A DNA stretch of 64,000 bases, from positions 117,256-181,255 of the forward strand of contig JANQNW010000003.1 in the NCBI GenBank assembly GCA_028279375.1, in the 5' to 3' direction. The DNA comes from Phycisphaerales bacterium (GTDB lineage Bacteria > Planctomycetota > Phycisphaerae > Phycisphaerales > UBA1924). The notes beneath the pieces are model-generated. The model made no database searches and was not told the origin of the DNA. It saw nothing but the letters and a program-made list of their open reading frames with translations. Shown here one piece after another: positions 39,859-49,206 of this stretch (position 1 is its first letter; each line of letters begins with the position of its first letter). Made by a program: the position numbers and the translations under genes.

Positions 39859-39929
39859 CTGGGGATCAAGGATTCGAACCTTGACTAACTGAACCAGAAT
39901 CAGTCGTGCTACCGTTACACTAATCCCCA
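39859..39929 (-). tRNA. tRNA-Gln (anticodon CUG).
   Basis: Cloverleaf folded by hand: acceptor UGGGGAU/AUCCCCA with U1-A72 and a G73 discriminator, both typical of bacterial tRNA-Gln. Anticodon stem ACUGA/UCAGU; loop UUCUGGU; T-arm GGTTCGAAT. CCA is not encoded. Confidence 0.8.
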
Positions 39930-40017
39930 CTGAACGCAGGGCAAATGGTACCGACCAGACTCGATCAGGCAAGTCCTCTCCGGCGTCCGGAGTCGCACGA
40001 GGGGAGGGGGCCGGTTC

Positions 40018-41148
40018 TTACTGGTCGAACCGGGAGGCGGCGGGAGTCGCTGAGCCCGCGAGGCCGAGGTCCGACTTGTTGGCCACGATGATCTGGCGCA
40101 GGACGCCCTCCCGCAGGTGCGCCGGATGGCCCTGCCAGCGGACGATTCCATCCGCGCTCATGACGATCACGTGCGGGATGGACCGGACCTGCAGCTTGGT
40201 GGACATCCGCCGCGACGGATCAACGCCCACGTGCATGTCCATGCGCGTCCGCGACATGAAACGGGAGACTGTTGAGGCGGTTTCGTCCGACAGGCTGATG
40301 AAGGCCACGTCATCCTTGTACTTCGCGTGGAGCTTATTCACGTGCGGAATCATGCGCACGCAAGGGCCACACCAGGTCGCCCAGAACTCGACGACGATCA
40401 CCTTGTCCTCGAGCTCAGGCTCCTCGTTCATCCACTTCGCGACCTCAATGCGCGGGCCCTGCTTGCCCCGGACGTCCTTGGCTCGAATGCGCGCGCGCCG
40501 GTCGAAGGGCGGATACTCAGCGCCGCGAGCCGTCGTGGATCCGGTGACCTGCATCGACTGAGCTGTACCCGACTTCCCGTTCAGAAGCGCCTTGTTCGCC
40601 GCGATGACCTGTTCGATCGTCTCATCCGTCAGGTCCCAGGGAAGGCCCTGCCATCGGACGACGCCGTCAGCGCTGATGAGGAACGTATTGGGAATGCCCT
40701 GAACGCCCAGCGCGGTCTGCATGCGTTTGCGCGTGTCGATGGCGATCGGGAATCGCATGTCGTTCTGCTTGACGAATGGCTCGACGAGGTCGCGCGTTTC
40801 GTCGCCCATTCCGACGACCAGCAAGTCGTCGCCGTACCTTTCATGCCATTTGTTCAGCTTCGGGATCGAGTCCTTGCACGGACCGCACCAGGTCGCCCAG
40901 AACTCGACGAGCACGACGCGGCCGTCCAGATCGGGACGCGCCGGGAGCCAGTATTCGACATCCATGCCCGGGGCCTGCCGACCGCGGAAGTCCGTCGCAT
41001 ACAGGCGCAGATCCTGATGCGCGGGGAACTCGACGACCGCGTCCATGCGAGTCGCGGGCGCCTCGCTGTCAGCCTGCGCAGCGCCGGCGCACACAACTCC
41101 GATAACAACAGACGCCAGACCGGCTCGCTTGATTGCTCGTAGATACAT
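40018..41148 (-). CDS. Secreted thiol-disulfide oxidoreductase with two tandem TlpA/ResA-like thioredoxin domains.
   Basis: Signal peptide. WATWCGPC appears twice (EFWATWCGPCKDSIP and EFWATWCGPCVRMIP), with parallel downstream blocks. Confidence 0.8.
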   Translation of the reverse strand: MYLRAIKRAGLASVVIGVVCAGAAQADSEAPATRMDAVVEFPAHQDLRLYATDFRGRQAPGMDVEYWLPARPDLDGRVVLVEFWATWCGPCKDSIPKLNKWHERYGDDLLVVGMGDETRDLVEPFVKQNDMRFPIAIDTRKRMQTALGVQGIPNTFLISADGVVRWQGLPWDLTDETIEQVIAANKALLNGKSGTAQSMQVTGSTTARGAEYPPFDRRARIRAKDVRGKQGPRIEVAKWMNEEPELEDKVIVVEFWATWCGPCVRMIPHVNKLHAKYKDDVAFISLSDETASTVSRFMSRTRMDMHVGVDPSRRMSTKLQVRSIPHVIVMSADGIVRWQGHPAHLREGVLRQIIVANKSDLGLAGSATPAASRFDQ

Positions 41149-41316
41149 CGTTGAGTCCTCGCGGATCATTCGTCAGTTCACAGATGCGGAATCGGCTGGA
41201 ATGCAGCCCCGGACTCCCTACCAACCGCCGGGGCGACTGGTTTCTTTCGCGCAGAGTCGGATTATTCGCATTCGGCAGACGCTTCGCCGTGGGTCGATTC
41301 TCCCCAACGTGGGGAT

Positions 41317-41730
41317 TCAACCCCCTCGATCAAGGAGAAGTCGTCTCGATTCCTCAGTCGGCGTCTGCGCGGTGAGTCGGACGACGGCGCCGGCTTCTTC
41401 GAGGAGTCCCACGATTCGACGTGTCCTGGTTCCCGGACACTGGTCGAGAACGTGATAGGGGAGGCTCTCGAGGGCCGACTCAATGCTCTCAACCGACAGG
41501 CCGGTCTCGCTCGCGATCGCCCTTGCGACGGCGTCCGGCCGCTCTCCCGCGTCGATGACCTCGATGAGATAGACGTTTCGCGTCTTGATCTGCTCGTCAG
41601 ATGTGACTGCGGCAGGCGTCGAATCGGTCGCTGCACGCCGCTCCCCGGCGTCGCAGCCGCCAAGGACGAGCAACGCGCAGCAGCAGATCGTCGCAGATCG
41701 GCGGTCGATGACGCGTACACGGGTCTTCAT
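41317..41730 (-). CDS. Lipoprotein with a ribosomal L7/L12 C-terminal-domain-like fold.
   Basis: Lipobox LLVLGGC. YLIEVIDAGERPDAVARAIASETGLSVESIESALESLPYHVL...LLEEAGAVVRL parallels the L7/L12 C-terminal consensus. Confidence 0.45.
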   Translation of the reverse strand: MKTRVRVIDRRSATICCCALLVLGGCDAGERRAATDSTPAAVTSDEQIKTRNVYLIEVIDAGERPDAVARAIASETGLSVESIESALESLPYHVLDQCPGTRTRRIVGLLEEAGAVVRLTAQTPTEESRRLLLDRGG

Positions 41731-41748
41731 GTCGGGATGGTAGGACGC

Positions 41749-42306
41749 TCAGCCGGCGCGCTCGACGGCTTCGATCGCGACCATCACGTCCGGACAGATG
41801 GGGAAGATCCGATCGAGCTTCGTGAGCTTGAAGAGGCAATCAACGGACTGGCTCGCATTGACCAGCGCGATGCGTCCGCCCGCCTTCTGAAGTTGCGTCA
41901 GCATCTCGACCATCACGCCAATACAGGATGAGTCCATGTAGTTGACGTTCTGAAGATCGAAGACGAAGTGCCGGACGCCGGAGCCTTCGACATGCCCCAG
42001 GAGCTCCGCGACGAGTTCGGCGGTGTCCCGGCCGGTCAGCTCCGTCACCGTGATCGTCGCAACGACGGTCTGGCCGAGCCGATCGAGTGATGCGAGACTT
42101 GCAGGCCTTGCGGACGCGGAGACGTCCGGGAGCGCGTCTCCCGAGTCGGAACCGAGCAGCGGCTCGACACCGGTGGTGCGACCGTCGGCGCCATGGCGCG
42201 CGGCCTTCAATCCACGTTCATTCATTCGCTTGAAGAACACAGCCGCCTCCCAGAGATCTCCCCCGACGCCGAATGGCGACAGGAGCATCGACCAACGGTG
42301 CGACAT
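41749..42306 (-). CDS. STAS-domain protein (anti-sigma-factor-antagonist-like); the true start may be internal.
   Basis: C-terminal ~110 aa match the SpoIIAA fold pattern (FVFDLQNVNYMDSSCIGVMVEM...IALVN). Confidence 0.6.
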   Translation of the reverse strand: MSHRWSMLLSPFGVGGDLWEAAVFFKRMNERGLKAARHGADGRTTGVEPLLGSDSGDALPDVSASARPASLASLDRLGQTVVATITVTELTGRDTAELVAELLGHVEGSGVRHFVFDLQNVNYMDSSCIGVMVEMLTQLQKAGGRIALVNASQSVDCLFKLTKLDRIFPICPDVMVAIEAVERAG

Positions 42307-42365
42307 GCTGCAGCCGAGGGCTGCAGGATCGGGCGTGACCCTGACGATCGCGCGATCTGGCGCGA

Positions 42366-42575
42366 TTACCCGACGCGGCGCTGGAATGCGGACGTCGCGT
42401 CGGCGTGATCAAGCGGCTTGGCGGACTGCGAATGTCCGTTGGGCGCCGACTCCTCAACCGAGCGCGACCCGTTCGGCGCATCGCCAAGGCGTTTGGCCCG
42501 GGCGTCGTCGATCGAGCGATCGAGCTTCTTCAGGATGTCTTTGACCTGCGAAAAGGTTTGTCGTGACGTGCTCAT
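42366..42575 (-). CDS. Small hypothetical protein (70 aa).
   Basis: GGTGAGGAG RBS 8 nt upstream of the verified ATG. Same strand as, and upstream of, the STAS gene. Confidence 0.35.
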   Translation of the reverse strand: MSTSRQTFSQVKDILKKLDRSIDDARAKRLGDAPNGSRSVEESAPNGHSQSAKPLDHADATSAFQRRVG

Positions 42576-42867
42576 CGATCTGCTTCTCCTCACCGCCCGC
42601 GATATCGGCCGGGATCGGAGAAGGCTTAGGCCGAGGCAAACAAAGGGGGGCGCCGGACCATCCCTTGCGCCGGTCTGTGCCGGTTGGAGGAGCCCTTCGG
42701 GCGCCCGGGCTCGGAATCGGGGCGCATGGGACATTGACAACGCGTCCGGGCGGAGGTTCTCGGGCTTTCACCGGATGCGGGCTCCTGGCGGGGCTAGAGT
42801 CGCCATCGAATGGGCGAATTCGCTACATTCTCCGGCTCGGATCTATCCCCCGAAAGGCAAGAATCGA

Positions 42868-44049
42868 ATGCACGAACAGACCGCATCCAGCGCTGACGCC
42901 ATCGCCTCGCTCGCCGTCAAGGGCGGTGTCGCTGTGTCGCCTCAGACCATTCCGATCATCAAGGTGGACATCACCGACGATGACATCGAGGCGGCTGTCG
43001 CCGTTCTGCGCTCGGGCATGTTGGCGCAAGGGCCGCGCGTCGCCGAGTTCGAGGAGCGCTTCGCGGCGCTCACTGGCGCCCGACACGCGATCGCCTGCGC
43101 CAATGGCACCTGCGCCCTGCAACTGGCGTATGAGCTGCTGATCGAGCCGGGTGATGAAGTGCTCTGCCCGGCGTGGACGTACATCGCGACGGCGTCGATG
43201 CTCGTCGCCCGCGGCGCGAAGCCCATCTTCGTCGATGCGGATCCTGAGACGTACTGCATCGATCTTGAGGATGCGCGGCGCAAGATCACGCCGCGCACGA
43301 CCGCGATCGCGACGACGCTCATCTATGGCAATCCGGTTGATATGGAAGGCGTTGAGAATCTCGCCGTCGAGCATGAACTCTCCGTCATTCACGACGCCGC
43401 ACAGGCTCACCTCGCCACCTTCGGAGGCAGAGGCATTGGGGCGTTCGGAGATTGCGCGACGTACAGCTTCTACCCGACGAAGAACATGACCTGCGGCGAG
43501 GGCGGCATGGTCACGACCAACGACGACGACCTCGCGTCTCGCATCCGGGCGTTCCGCAGCCATGGTGAGACCGAGAAGTATCTGCATACATCGATCGGCT
43601 ACAACTACCGGATGACGGATGTCGAGGGCGCGATGGGCGCAAGCCAGCTCAAGAGGCTGGCGAACGTCACGGCCCAGCGCCGCCGGAACGCCTCGCGCTT
43701 GACGGAGATGGTCAGCGGCATCGAGGGCCTGGTGGCTCCGAGGACGACACCGGGAGGCGAGCACGTCTTCCATCTCTACGCGATTCGTCTCGATCTCGAT
43801 CGCTTCAGTTGCACCCGAGACGAGTTCATCGACGCGCTGCGCGCTGAGGGCGTCGCGTGTGCGGTCCACTACCCGCGATCGCTCACGAGACAGCCGGCGT
43901 TCGAGGCGTATGTCACCGAGCACCTCCCGGTTTCTGATCACCTCGCTCGGGCGCTCTTCTGCGTGCCGGTGCATCACGCGCTCGAGGGTGGTCAACTCGA
44001 CTTCGTCGGCGCCGCGCTGGCGAAGGTCGCCGACGCGTATCGCATCTAG
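42868..44049 (+). CDS. DegT/DnrJ/EryC1/StrS-family PLP-dependent sugar aminotransferase.
   Basis: TSGTxAL-type block NGTCALQLA, a DAAQAH block, YSFYPTKNMTCGEGG (Lys in the PLP site), and YNYRMTDVE. The ATG at 42868 was verified. Confidence 0.85.
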   Translation: MHEQTASSADAIASLAVKGGVAVSPQTIPIIKVDITDDDIEAAVAVLRSGMLAQGPRVAEFEERFAALTGARHAIACANGTCALQLAYELLIEPGDEVLCPAWTYIATASMLVARGAKPIFVDADPETYCIDLEDARRKITPRTTAIATTLIYGNPVDMEGVENLAVEHELSVIHDAAQAHLATFGGRGIGAFGDCATYSFYPTKNMTCGEGGMVTTNDDDLASRIRAFRSHGETEKYLHTSIGYNYRMTDVEGAMGASQLKRLANVTAQRRRNASRLTEMVSGIEGLVAPRTTPGGEHVFHLYAIRLDLDRFSCTRDEFIDALRAEGVACAVHYPRSLTRQPAFEAYVTEHLPVSDHLARALFCVPVHHALEGGQLDFVGAALAKVADAYRI

Positions 44050-45047
44050 CTTGGAATCGTGATGATGAGCGCCGTCCAGGCGTCGTCATCTGAGGCTCGG
44101 CACTCGACAGTTCCCACGCACGCCGGGACCAGCGTTGTCGCGCCGGCCGGCGCGCTGACCACAGGGTGTTCATCTGCGGAGAGCGCGGCGCAACCGCTGA
44201 TCGGCATGAGCACGACCGGCCCGCCTTCCGTGTGAACCTCGATCGACGAGCCCGCTTCGAGATTGACCTGATCGATCTGGAAGAACTCCGTTGAGATCAG
44301 CGACGCCCGGCCGGATGCGTCATGGCGGCTCGGCTCGACGCCGCTGCAGGGGTTCGCGAAATCGATGCACTGCATCGCCTGGTCGATGTGAAGTTCCCGA
44401 TTCGTGCGCCCCCAGTCGAAGACGCGAAAGGTCGTGTCGCTCGGCGTCTGCACCTCCGCGACGAGCACGCCCTCGCCGAGCGCATGCACCTCGCCGCTGG
44501 GCAGATTGAAGCAGTCGCCGGGACGGACCGGAATGGCGACGAGATCTTCCACGACCGTGCCGGCCTTGATGTGCTTCCCGAGTGCGTCTGGATCCAGCCC
44601 TTCGCGAAGCCCCTTGTAGATCAGGGCTTCAGGCTCCGCTTCGACCACGAACCAACTCTCTGTCTTCAGGTGCGCCTCGGGATGGCGGCTCGCGTAGCCG
44701 GGGCTGGGATGCGCTTGCACGCTGAGATTCTCGCGCGCGTCAAGGAACTTGATGAGCAGGGGAAAGGAGCCGTCGAATGCGCCCGCACGATCGCCGAGCA
44801 GGTCGCTTGCATGTGATTCGAGCAGCGAATGAAGCGTGGCGCCATCGAAGACTCCGCCGCGAATGACAGAATGCGCCGCATCCCCGCCTCCGCCTGAGGC
44901 GCTCGTCTCCGAGAGATCGGCGATTTCCCATGACTCGCCGACTTCGACGTCGTCCGGCAGCGACTTCCCAAGGCGCGCAAGCCGTCGACCTCCCCAGACT
45001 TTCTCCTTGAGGATGGGCTCGAACTGAATCAGTCCAGGATTCTTCAT
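44046..45047 (-). CDS. manA: Type I mannose-6-phosphate isomerase (cupin).
   Basis: PLLIKFLDARENLSVQAHP and a second His block (EVHAL). Confidence 0.75.
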   Translation of the reverse strand: MKNPGLIQFEPILKEKVWGGRRLARLGKSLPDDVEVGESWEIADLSETSASGGGGDAAHSVIRGGVFDGATLHSLLESHASDLLGDRAGAFDGSFPLLIKFLDARENLSVQAHPSPGYASRHPEAHLKTESWFVVEAEPEALIYKGLREGLDPDALGKHIKAGTVVEDLVAIPVRPGDCFNLPSGEVHALGEGVLVAEVQTPSDTTFRVFDWGRTNRELHIDQAMQCIDFANPCSGVEPSRHDASGRASLISTEFFQIDQVNLEAGSSIEVHTEGGPVVLMPISGCAALSADEHPVVSAPAGATTLVPACVGTVECRASDDDAWTALIITIPS

Positions 45048-45109
45048 GGACTCCCCGACGGCTGCGCGCACGCTCAGGCCGGCTCTCGCGGGATTCGTGT
45101 GATGCCGCT

Positions 45110-45643
45110 CTACTCGCCGCGACCGCGCAGGATCATGCCGGTGATTTTGCTCGAGAAGACTACTCGCCCGTCGACCAGCCCCTGGATGTCGCTGATGAAG
45201 CGCCGGGGGTGATACTTGATGTCCCGACAGAGAATCAGGAGATCATCGCCCGGCTTGACCTTGTCGCGAAAGACCGTGTCCTCGATCCTCGTGAATCCGG
45301 CGATCGCCTCTTTCTTCCGCCGGACGAAGAAGAGAAAGTTCGCGAGTTGCGCTCCCGCCTCGACCATCAGGACGCCCGGCATGATCGGGTCGCCCGGGAA
45401 ATGGCCGTCGACCCAGAACTCGTCATCCCTGACGTGCTTGATCGCGACTCCCTTGCTGTAGTCGTCGGCGTGCCAGACGATCCCGTCGAGCTGTGCCATG
45501 TGCCCTCGGTGCGCATTCCACCGCTCCAGATCAGTCCTGGTGAGGACTGTCTGCGCAAGGTCAAGGCCCGACACATCGAAGAGATGATCGGCGCCCCGAG
45601 ACGATGACGGGGTGGACGGCATGACAGTGTCAACGGAGCTCAT
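45110..45643 (-). CDS. FabZ/FabA-like hot-dog-fold beta-hydroxyacyl dehydratase.
   Basis: GHFPGDPIMPGVLMVEAGAQ. Confidence 0.7.
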   Translation of the reverse strand: MSSVDTVMPSTPSSSRGADHLFDVSGLDLAQTVLTRTDLERWNAHRGHMAQLDGIVWHADDYSKGVAIKHVRDDEFWVDGHFPGDPIMPGVLMVEAGAQLANFLFFVRRKKEAIAGFTRIEDTVFRDKVKPGDDLLILCRDIKYHPRRFISDIQGLVDGRVVFSSKITGMILRGRGE

Positions 45644-45817
45644 TCAGCCGTCGTCGCGAAGCTCCAGAACCTTCACGCGAACCGCCTGAGCGGCGTTCTT
45701 CACGTCCTGCATCGCCTTGCGAACTCGTGTGCCAGCAGCCTTGTTGCCGCCGATGGCCTTCTTCATGTCCTCGTCGACTTCCGCGACCAACTGCTTCAGG
45801 CGCTCGTATTCCTCCAC
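45644..45817 (-). CDS. Small basic protein (57 aa) resembling the N-terminal domain of Chlamydia histone-H1-like Hc1. It is not in the supplied ORF track (below the size cutoff, GTG start).
   Basis: A hand translation gives VEEYERLKQLVAEVDEDMKKAIGGNKAAGTRVRKAMQDVKNAAQAVRVKVLELRDDG. GNKAAGTRVRK matches Hc1 GNKAAAQRVR. GGAGA RBS 7 nt before the GTG. Confidence 0.45.
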   Translation of the reverse strand: MEEYERLKQLVAEVDEDMKKAIGGNKAAGTRVRKAMQDVKNAAQAVRVKVLELRDDG

Positions 45818-45989
45818 GCGTCGTCTCCATGCGGGGGGTTTGAATGAGGGGGCCCGGTTGCCCCGGAGGCGACACCATCTTCACCAAAAACGCCCTGCTG
45901 GCAAGTCAGGGCCGATTCCGACGTGTCGAGCCATCGGTGCAGCAACACCGGAACGCCGAATTTCAGGGCTTTCAAGGCGATTTGCCGCC

Positions 45990-47351
45990 TCAGAGGCTGC
46001 CTGTCGCCTTCTCATCACCCTGGTCGCGGCCGATAGCCCTGAGAGCCCCCTGGCCCAGCGTGATGAGGTTCTTGCCGGCCCCTTTCGATTGGAGGGCGAG
46101 CTGGTCTGCACGCTCGAGGAGCGACACGGCGTCATGTCCGTCCCACGGATAGGTGGCCATGCCGCCTGAGATCGTGAGGGTGCCCAACGCTTCAGGACCG
46201 AGTTTCGGGAATCGGTGTTCGACGATCTGACGCTGAAAACGAGCGGCGATGGCGCTGATTGAGCTGGGATGCCGGCTCGTGGTTGTGCGCGGCCCCTTGG
46301 GCTCATCGAAGATCACCACGAACTCGTCTCCGCCGATTCGGCAGACGAGATCCGTCGGGCGGATGACAGATTTCAGCAGCTTGACGGTCTCGCGCAGGAT
46401 CTCGTCGCCTGCCGCGTGTCCGAACTCATCGTTGTACGTCTTGAAGTCGTCGATATCGAAGAGCAGCAGCGTCAGATCGCGCCGATCGATGCGCGCCTGC
46501 TCGAGGGCTCGGGGCAGGTACTGATCGAAGTAGCGTCGATTCCAGGACTCCGTGAGCGAATCCTCGAAGGCGGCTCTCTTCAGCTGGAGGTGCTGTTCGA
46601 TGAGCGCCATCCAGTACGAGAGCCAGCGTGCGCCGTCGGCGAGTTCGGACGTGCTCACGCTCGCGCAGGAGAGCCAGCCGAATGTGTGGTCGTTTCTCGA
46701 GACCTCCGCGACCGGCGCATCGCCGATGTCCTTTGGAGGCTCGGCCCCAGGCGCGAATGTGAGATCAGCAGCGCCGACGCGCTGCTTCAGCAGCGAAAGG
46801 CTCATGTTCGTCGCGTCATCGCCAGCCAGAAGCGCTCTGAGCAACAGGATCTCCATGCTCGCGGGATCGATGTCGCTCGCGTGAGACAGCGCTCTCTCTT
46901 GCGACTCAGCCCGATCCCCAGCGTGCTCCGGCTCTCGCCGAGTCTGAGGTTGGCGCGGCGTCGCAACCAGCACCTGGAGATCTCGAGCGTCGGCGCGATC
47001 CGAGATCAACGCATCGAATCCAAGCTCCTGCACATCGCCCAGTTGCTCGGCGTCCGCGTCAGTCGCGAGCGCGACAATGCGCACTTCGGGATCCAGCGAT
47101 CGGGCGGCGGAGGTGAACTGCTGCGCTTCGGCGCCGCTCAGGAGCCGGTGAGACACGATGATCGCTGTTCTTCGCGGAGACTCCCCATCGATCGGCAGCG
47201 TGAGTTCGGCGAGCGAGGCGACGGGAGAGAGCGAGCGGACGAGTTCGATCGCCGGGGATTTGCGAAGACGACGATCCAGATCGGATGGACCGACGAGGAT
47301 GACGCGAAGATCCGGTCCGTCCTGCTCCGCTGGAAATGGGGCGTGCGTCAT
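45990..47351 (-). CDS. Diguanylate cyclase (GGDEF) with an N-terminal degenerate receiver-like domain.
   Basis: RIGGDEF active site, RYFDQ and LLLFDIDDFK blocks. Confidence 0.85.
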   Translation of the reverse strand: MTHAPFPAEQDGPDLRVILVGPSDLDRRLRKSPAIELVRSLSPVASLAELTLPIDGESPRRTAIIVSHRLLSGAEAQQFTSAARSLDPEVRIVALATDADAEQLGDVQELGFDALISDRADARDLQVLVATPRQPQTRREPEHAGDRAESQERALSHASDIDPASMEILLLRALLAGDDATNMSLSLLKQRVGAADLTFAPGAEPPKDIGDAPVAEVSRNDHTFGWLSCASVSTSELADGARWLSYWMALIEQHLQLKRAAFEDSLTESWNRRYFDQYLPRALEQARIDRRDLTLLLFDIDDFKTYNDEFGHAAGDEILRETVKLLKSVIRPTDLVCRIGGDEFVVIFDEPKGPRTTTSRHPSSISAIAARFQRQIVEHRFPKLGPEALGTLTISGGMATYPWDGHDAVSLLERADQLALQSKGAGKNLITLGQGALRAIGRDQGDEKATGSL

Positions 47352-47962
47352 GAGTCCCCGCCCCCGAGCGGCCTTTGCAGGTCGTCGTCATCGACGGGGT
47401 CCGAGAGAAGCATCGCAAGCTCCTCGGGCGTAAGGACGCCGTGATCATCACCTTCCGCGAGAGACTCCTCCTGCGCATCTCCATCGTCTTCCGGCGCCAA
47501 CTCGCTCTCGAGTCCCGCGAGTCTGAGCGCTGGCGGGGCGCCCTGAGCGGTCGCCAGGGTCGCGCCGTTTCGCACGACGACCTTCGGCGGAGATGTCGGC
47601 ATCTCGATCTTCCAGGCGGCGAGACGCTCGCGGGCTTTGGCGTCGTAGCGCCATCGCGCAACATGCGGGCAGCAGCGCTCGATCGCCCGGAGCAGCTCTT
47701 CACCACGAATGAGGGTCGTGGGATCGACCACGATGAGTCCCACAGGACCGATGTCGAGATCCGAGTCGAGCAGCGCGAGGATCGCAGCCATCGTGCTGAA
47801 GACATCCGTTGACTCGGAGATTCGGACGCCGCGCCGGCGGAGGGATTCCGTGAGTTCGTGCGGCGCAGGCCCGTGCGCCGAGAGCACGACACAGCGAACA
47901 GCGTTCTCGCTCGCGCTGCCGGTGTCGGTTGGCGGGATGTCCTGGTGCTCCGTCACCACCAC
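47348..47962 (-). CDS. Hypothetical protein with a degenerate CheY-like fold and an acidic C-terminus. Translationally coupled to the GGDEF gene (ATGA overlap).
   Basis: GTG start verified; VGLIVVDP receiver-like strand. Confidence 0.4.
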   Translation of the reverse strand: MVVTEHQDIPPTDTGSASENAVRCVVLSAHGPAPHELTESLRRRGVRISESTDVFSTMAAILALLDSDLDIGPVGLIVVDPTTLIRGEELLRAIERCCPHVARWRYDAKARERLAAWKIEMPTSPPKVVVRNGATLATAQGAPPALRLAGLESELAPEDDGDAQEESLAEGDDHGVLTPEELAMLLSDPVDDDDLQRPLGGGDS

Positions 47963-48069
47963 AGTGTAGCACTGGGTTCGGCGAAAACTGCGCGTCCATC
48001 GGGTTTCTCAGGGCCATCAGAGTCGTTTCCAGCGCGTCCGGGAACGTCTGGCGCTGCGCGCCTCAGGGA

Positions 48070-49206
48070 TCACATGGAGGCGAGCAGATCGGCGACAACC
48101 TGGGCGCCATCGGCTGGGCCGAGCTCTTGAAGCGCGGCGCGCATGCGATCGCGCTCCTCCGGCGCAGCGAGAAGCTCCCGAAGGACAGACCCGGCGCGTT
48201 CGAGATTGCGCTCCGGGTCCACGAGGTCCTCCTCAATGACAACGCCGCCCGCGCACTCCAGCGGAAGCGCATTGGCGCGCTGATGATCGTCGTGGTGATA
48301 CGGATAGGGGAGGCAGAGCGTCGGCGTTCGATTTGCCCAGATCTCGCCGACACTTCCCGCGCCGCTGCGACTGACGGCGAGTTCAGCGCCGCCCCATGCA
48401 GACGCCATGTCATCGCAGTAGGGAACGACGCGCGCCTGCACGCCGTGTGTCTCGTACGTCTCCTCCAGATCCGCCTGATCAGCGGCCCCGCACTGGTGCA
48501 ACACCTGCCAGTCGGTCAGCGCCGAAGAACACTTGCGCGCGAACGCCAGCATGAACGCATTGATCGACCTGGCGCCCTGGCTTGCCCCGGTTATGAAAAG
48601 CAAGGGGCGCTCGGAGTCGAGTCCCATCGCCGCGCGACATTCGCGCGCGGAGCCCTGCGCGTGAGCCGCCCGGCGAACCAGTGGCCGAATGGGACGCCAC
48701 GCTGGCCTCTCTGGAACATCTGCTGCGGTGAGCACCGCATCCGCCCGTCGCGCGATCAATCGATTCGCCTTGCCGGGCGGCGCGTCGAGGTTGAGCATGA
48801 CGATCGGGGCGCCTTCAACACTTGCCGCCTGGGCGATCGGAGCTGCGACGTAGCCGCCCATGGCGATGACGATTGGCGACCGACCATCACCTGTCTGTCG
48901 CCGCAGAATCGAACGGGCGACGCGGACGCATCGTCCCCAGTTCCATGCCAGTCGCGCAAGGGCGCCGGGTCGGAGGGCGAGCGGCCGGGCGGGGATCGCT
49001 GTCCATTCGACCTCTTCGCGCGTCAGAATCGTCCCATCGAGTTCCTTGTCGGAACAGATAAAGAGCGTCTCGGCGTCTGGTCGCTGATCAAGGAGCGCCT
49101 CACGAATCGCGATGGCCGGATAGAGATGGCCGCCAGTTCCGCCGCCCGCGAAGACGAATGAGCGCGGGCGCACGTTGTCGGTTCCGGCGCGATCAGGCGC
49201 GTTCAT
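48070..49206 (-). CDS. murG: UDP-N-acetylglucosamine--N-acetylmuramyl-(pentapeptide) pyrophosphoryl-undecaprenol N-acetylglucosamine transferase.
   Basis: GGTGGHLYPAIAI and the GT28 C-terminal domain. Confidence 0.85.
   Translation of the reverse strand: MNAPDRAGTDNVRPRSFVFAGGGTGGHLYPAIAIREALLDQRPDAETLFICSDKELDGTILTREEVEWTAIPARPLALRPGALARLAWNWGRCVRVARSILRRQTGDGRSPIVIAMGGYVAAPIAQAASVEGAPIVMLNLDAPPGKANRLIARRADAVLTAADVPERPAWRPIRPLVRRAAHAQGSARECRAAMGLDSERPLLFITGASQGARSINAFMLAFARKCSSALTDWQVLHQCGAADQADLEETYETHGVQARVVPYCDDMASAWGGAELAVSRSGAGSVGEIWANRTPTLCLPYPYHHDDHQRANALPLECAGGVVIEEDLVDPERNLERAGSVLRELLAAPEERDRMRAALQELGPADGAQVVADLLASM

Noticed and set aside
39859-40018. tRNA-Gln as a possible integration site for a mobile element
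   Set aside because: No integrase, recombinase, direct repeat of the tRNA 3' end, or compositional shift is present on either side. The flanking genes are ordinary (GATase, TlpA-like).
42418-42867. Upstream 150-codon extension of the DegT ORF (42418..44049)
   Set aside because: The extension has no aminotransferase similarity and overlaps the convergent small ORF and STAS operon region. The homologous region begins at the ATG at 42868.
42823-43995. 390-aa minus-strand ORF
   Set aside because: It is antisense to the DegT aminotransferase gene, which has a clear PLP-lysine block.
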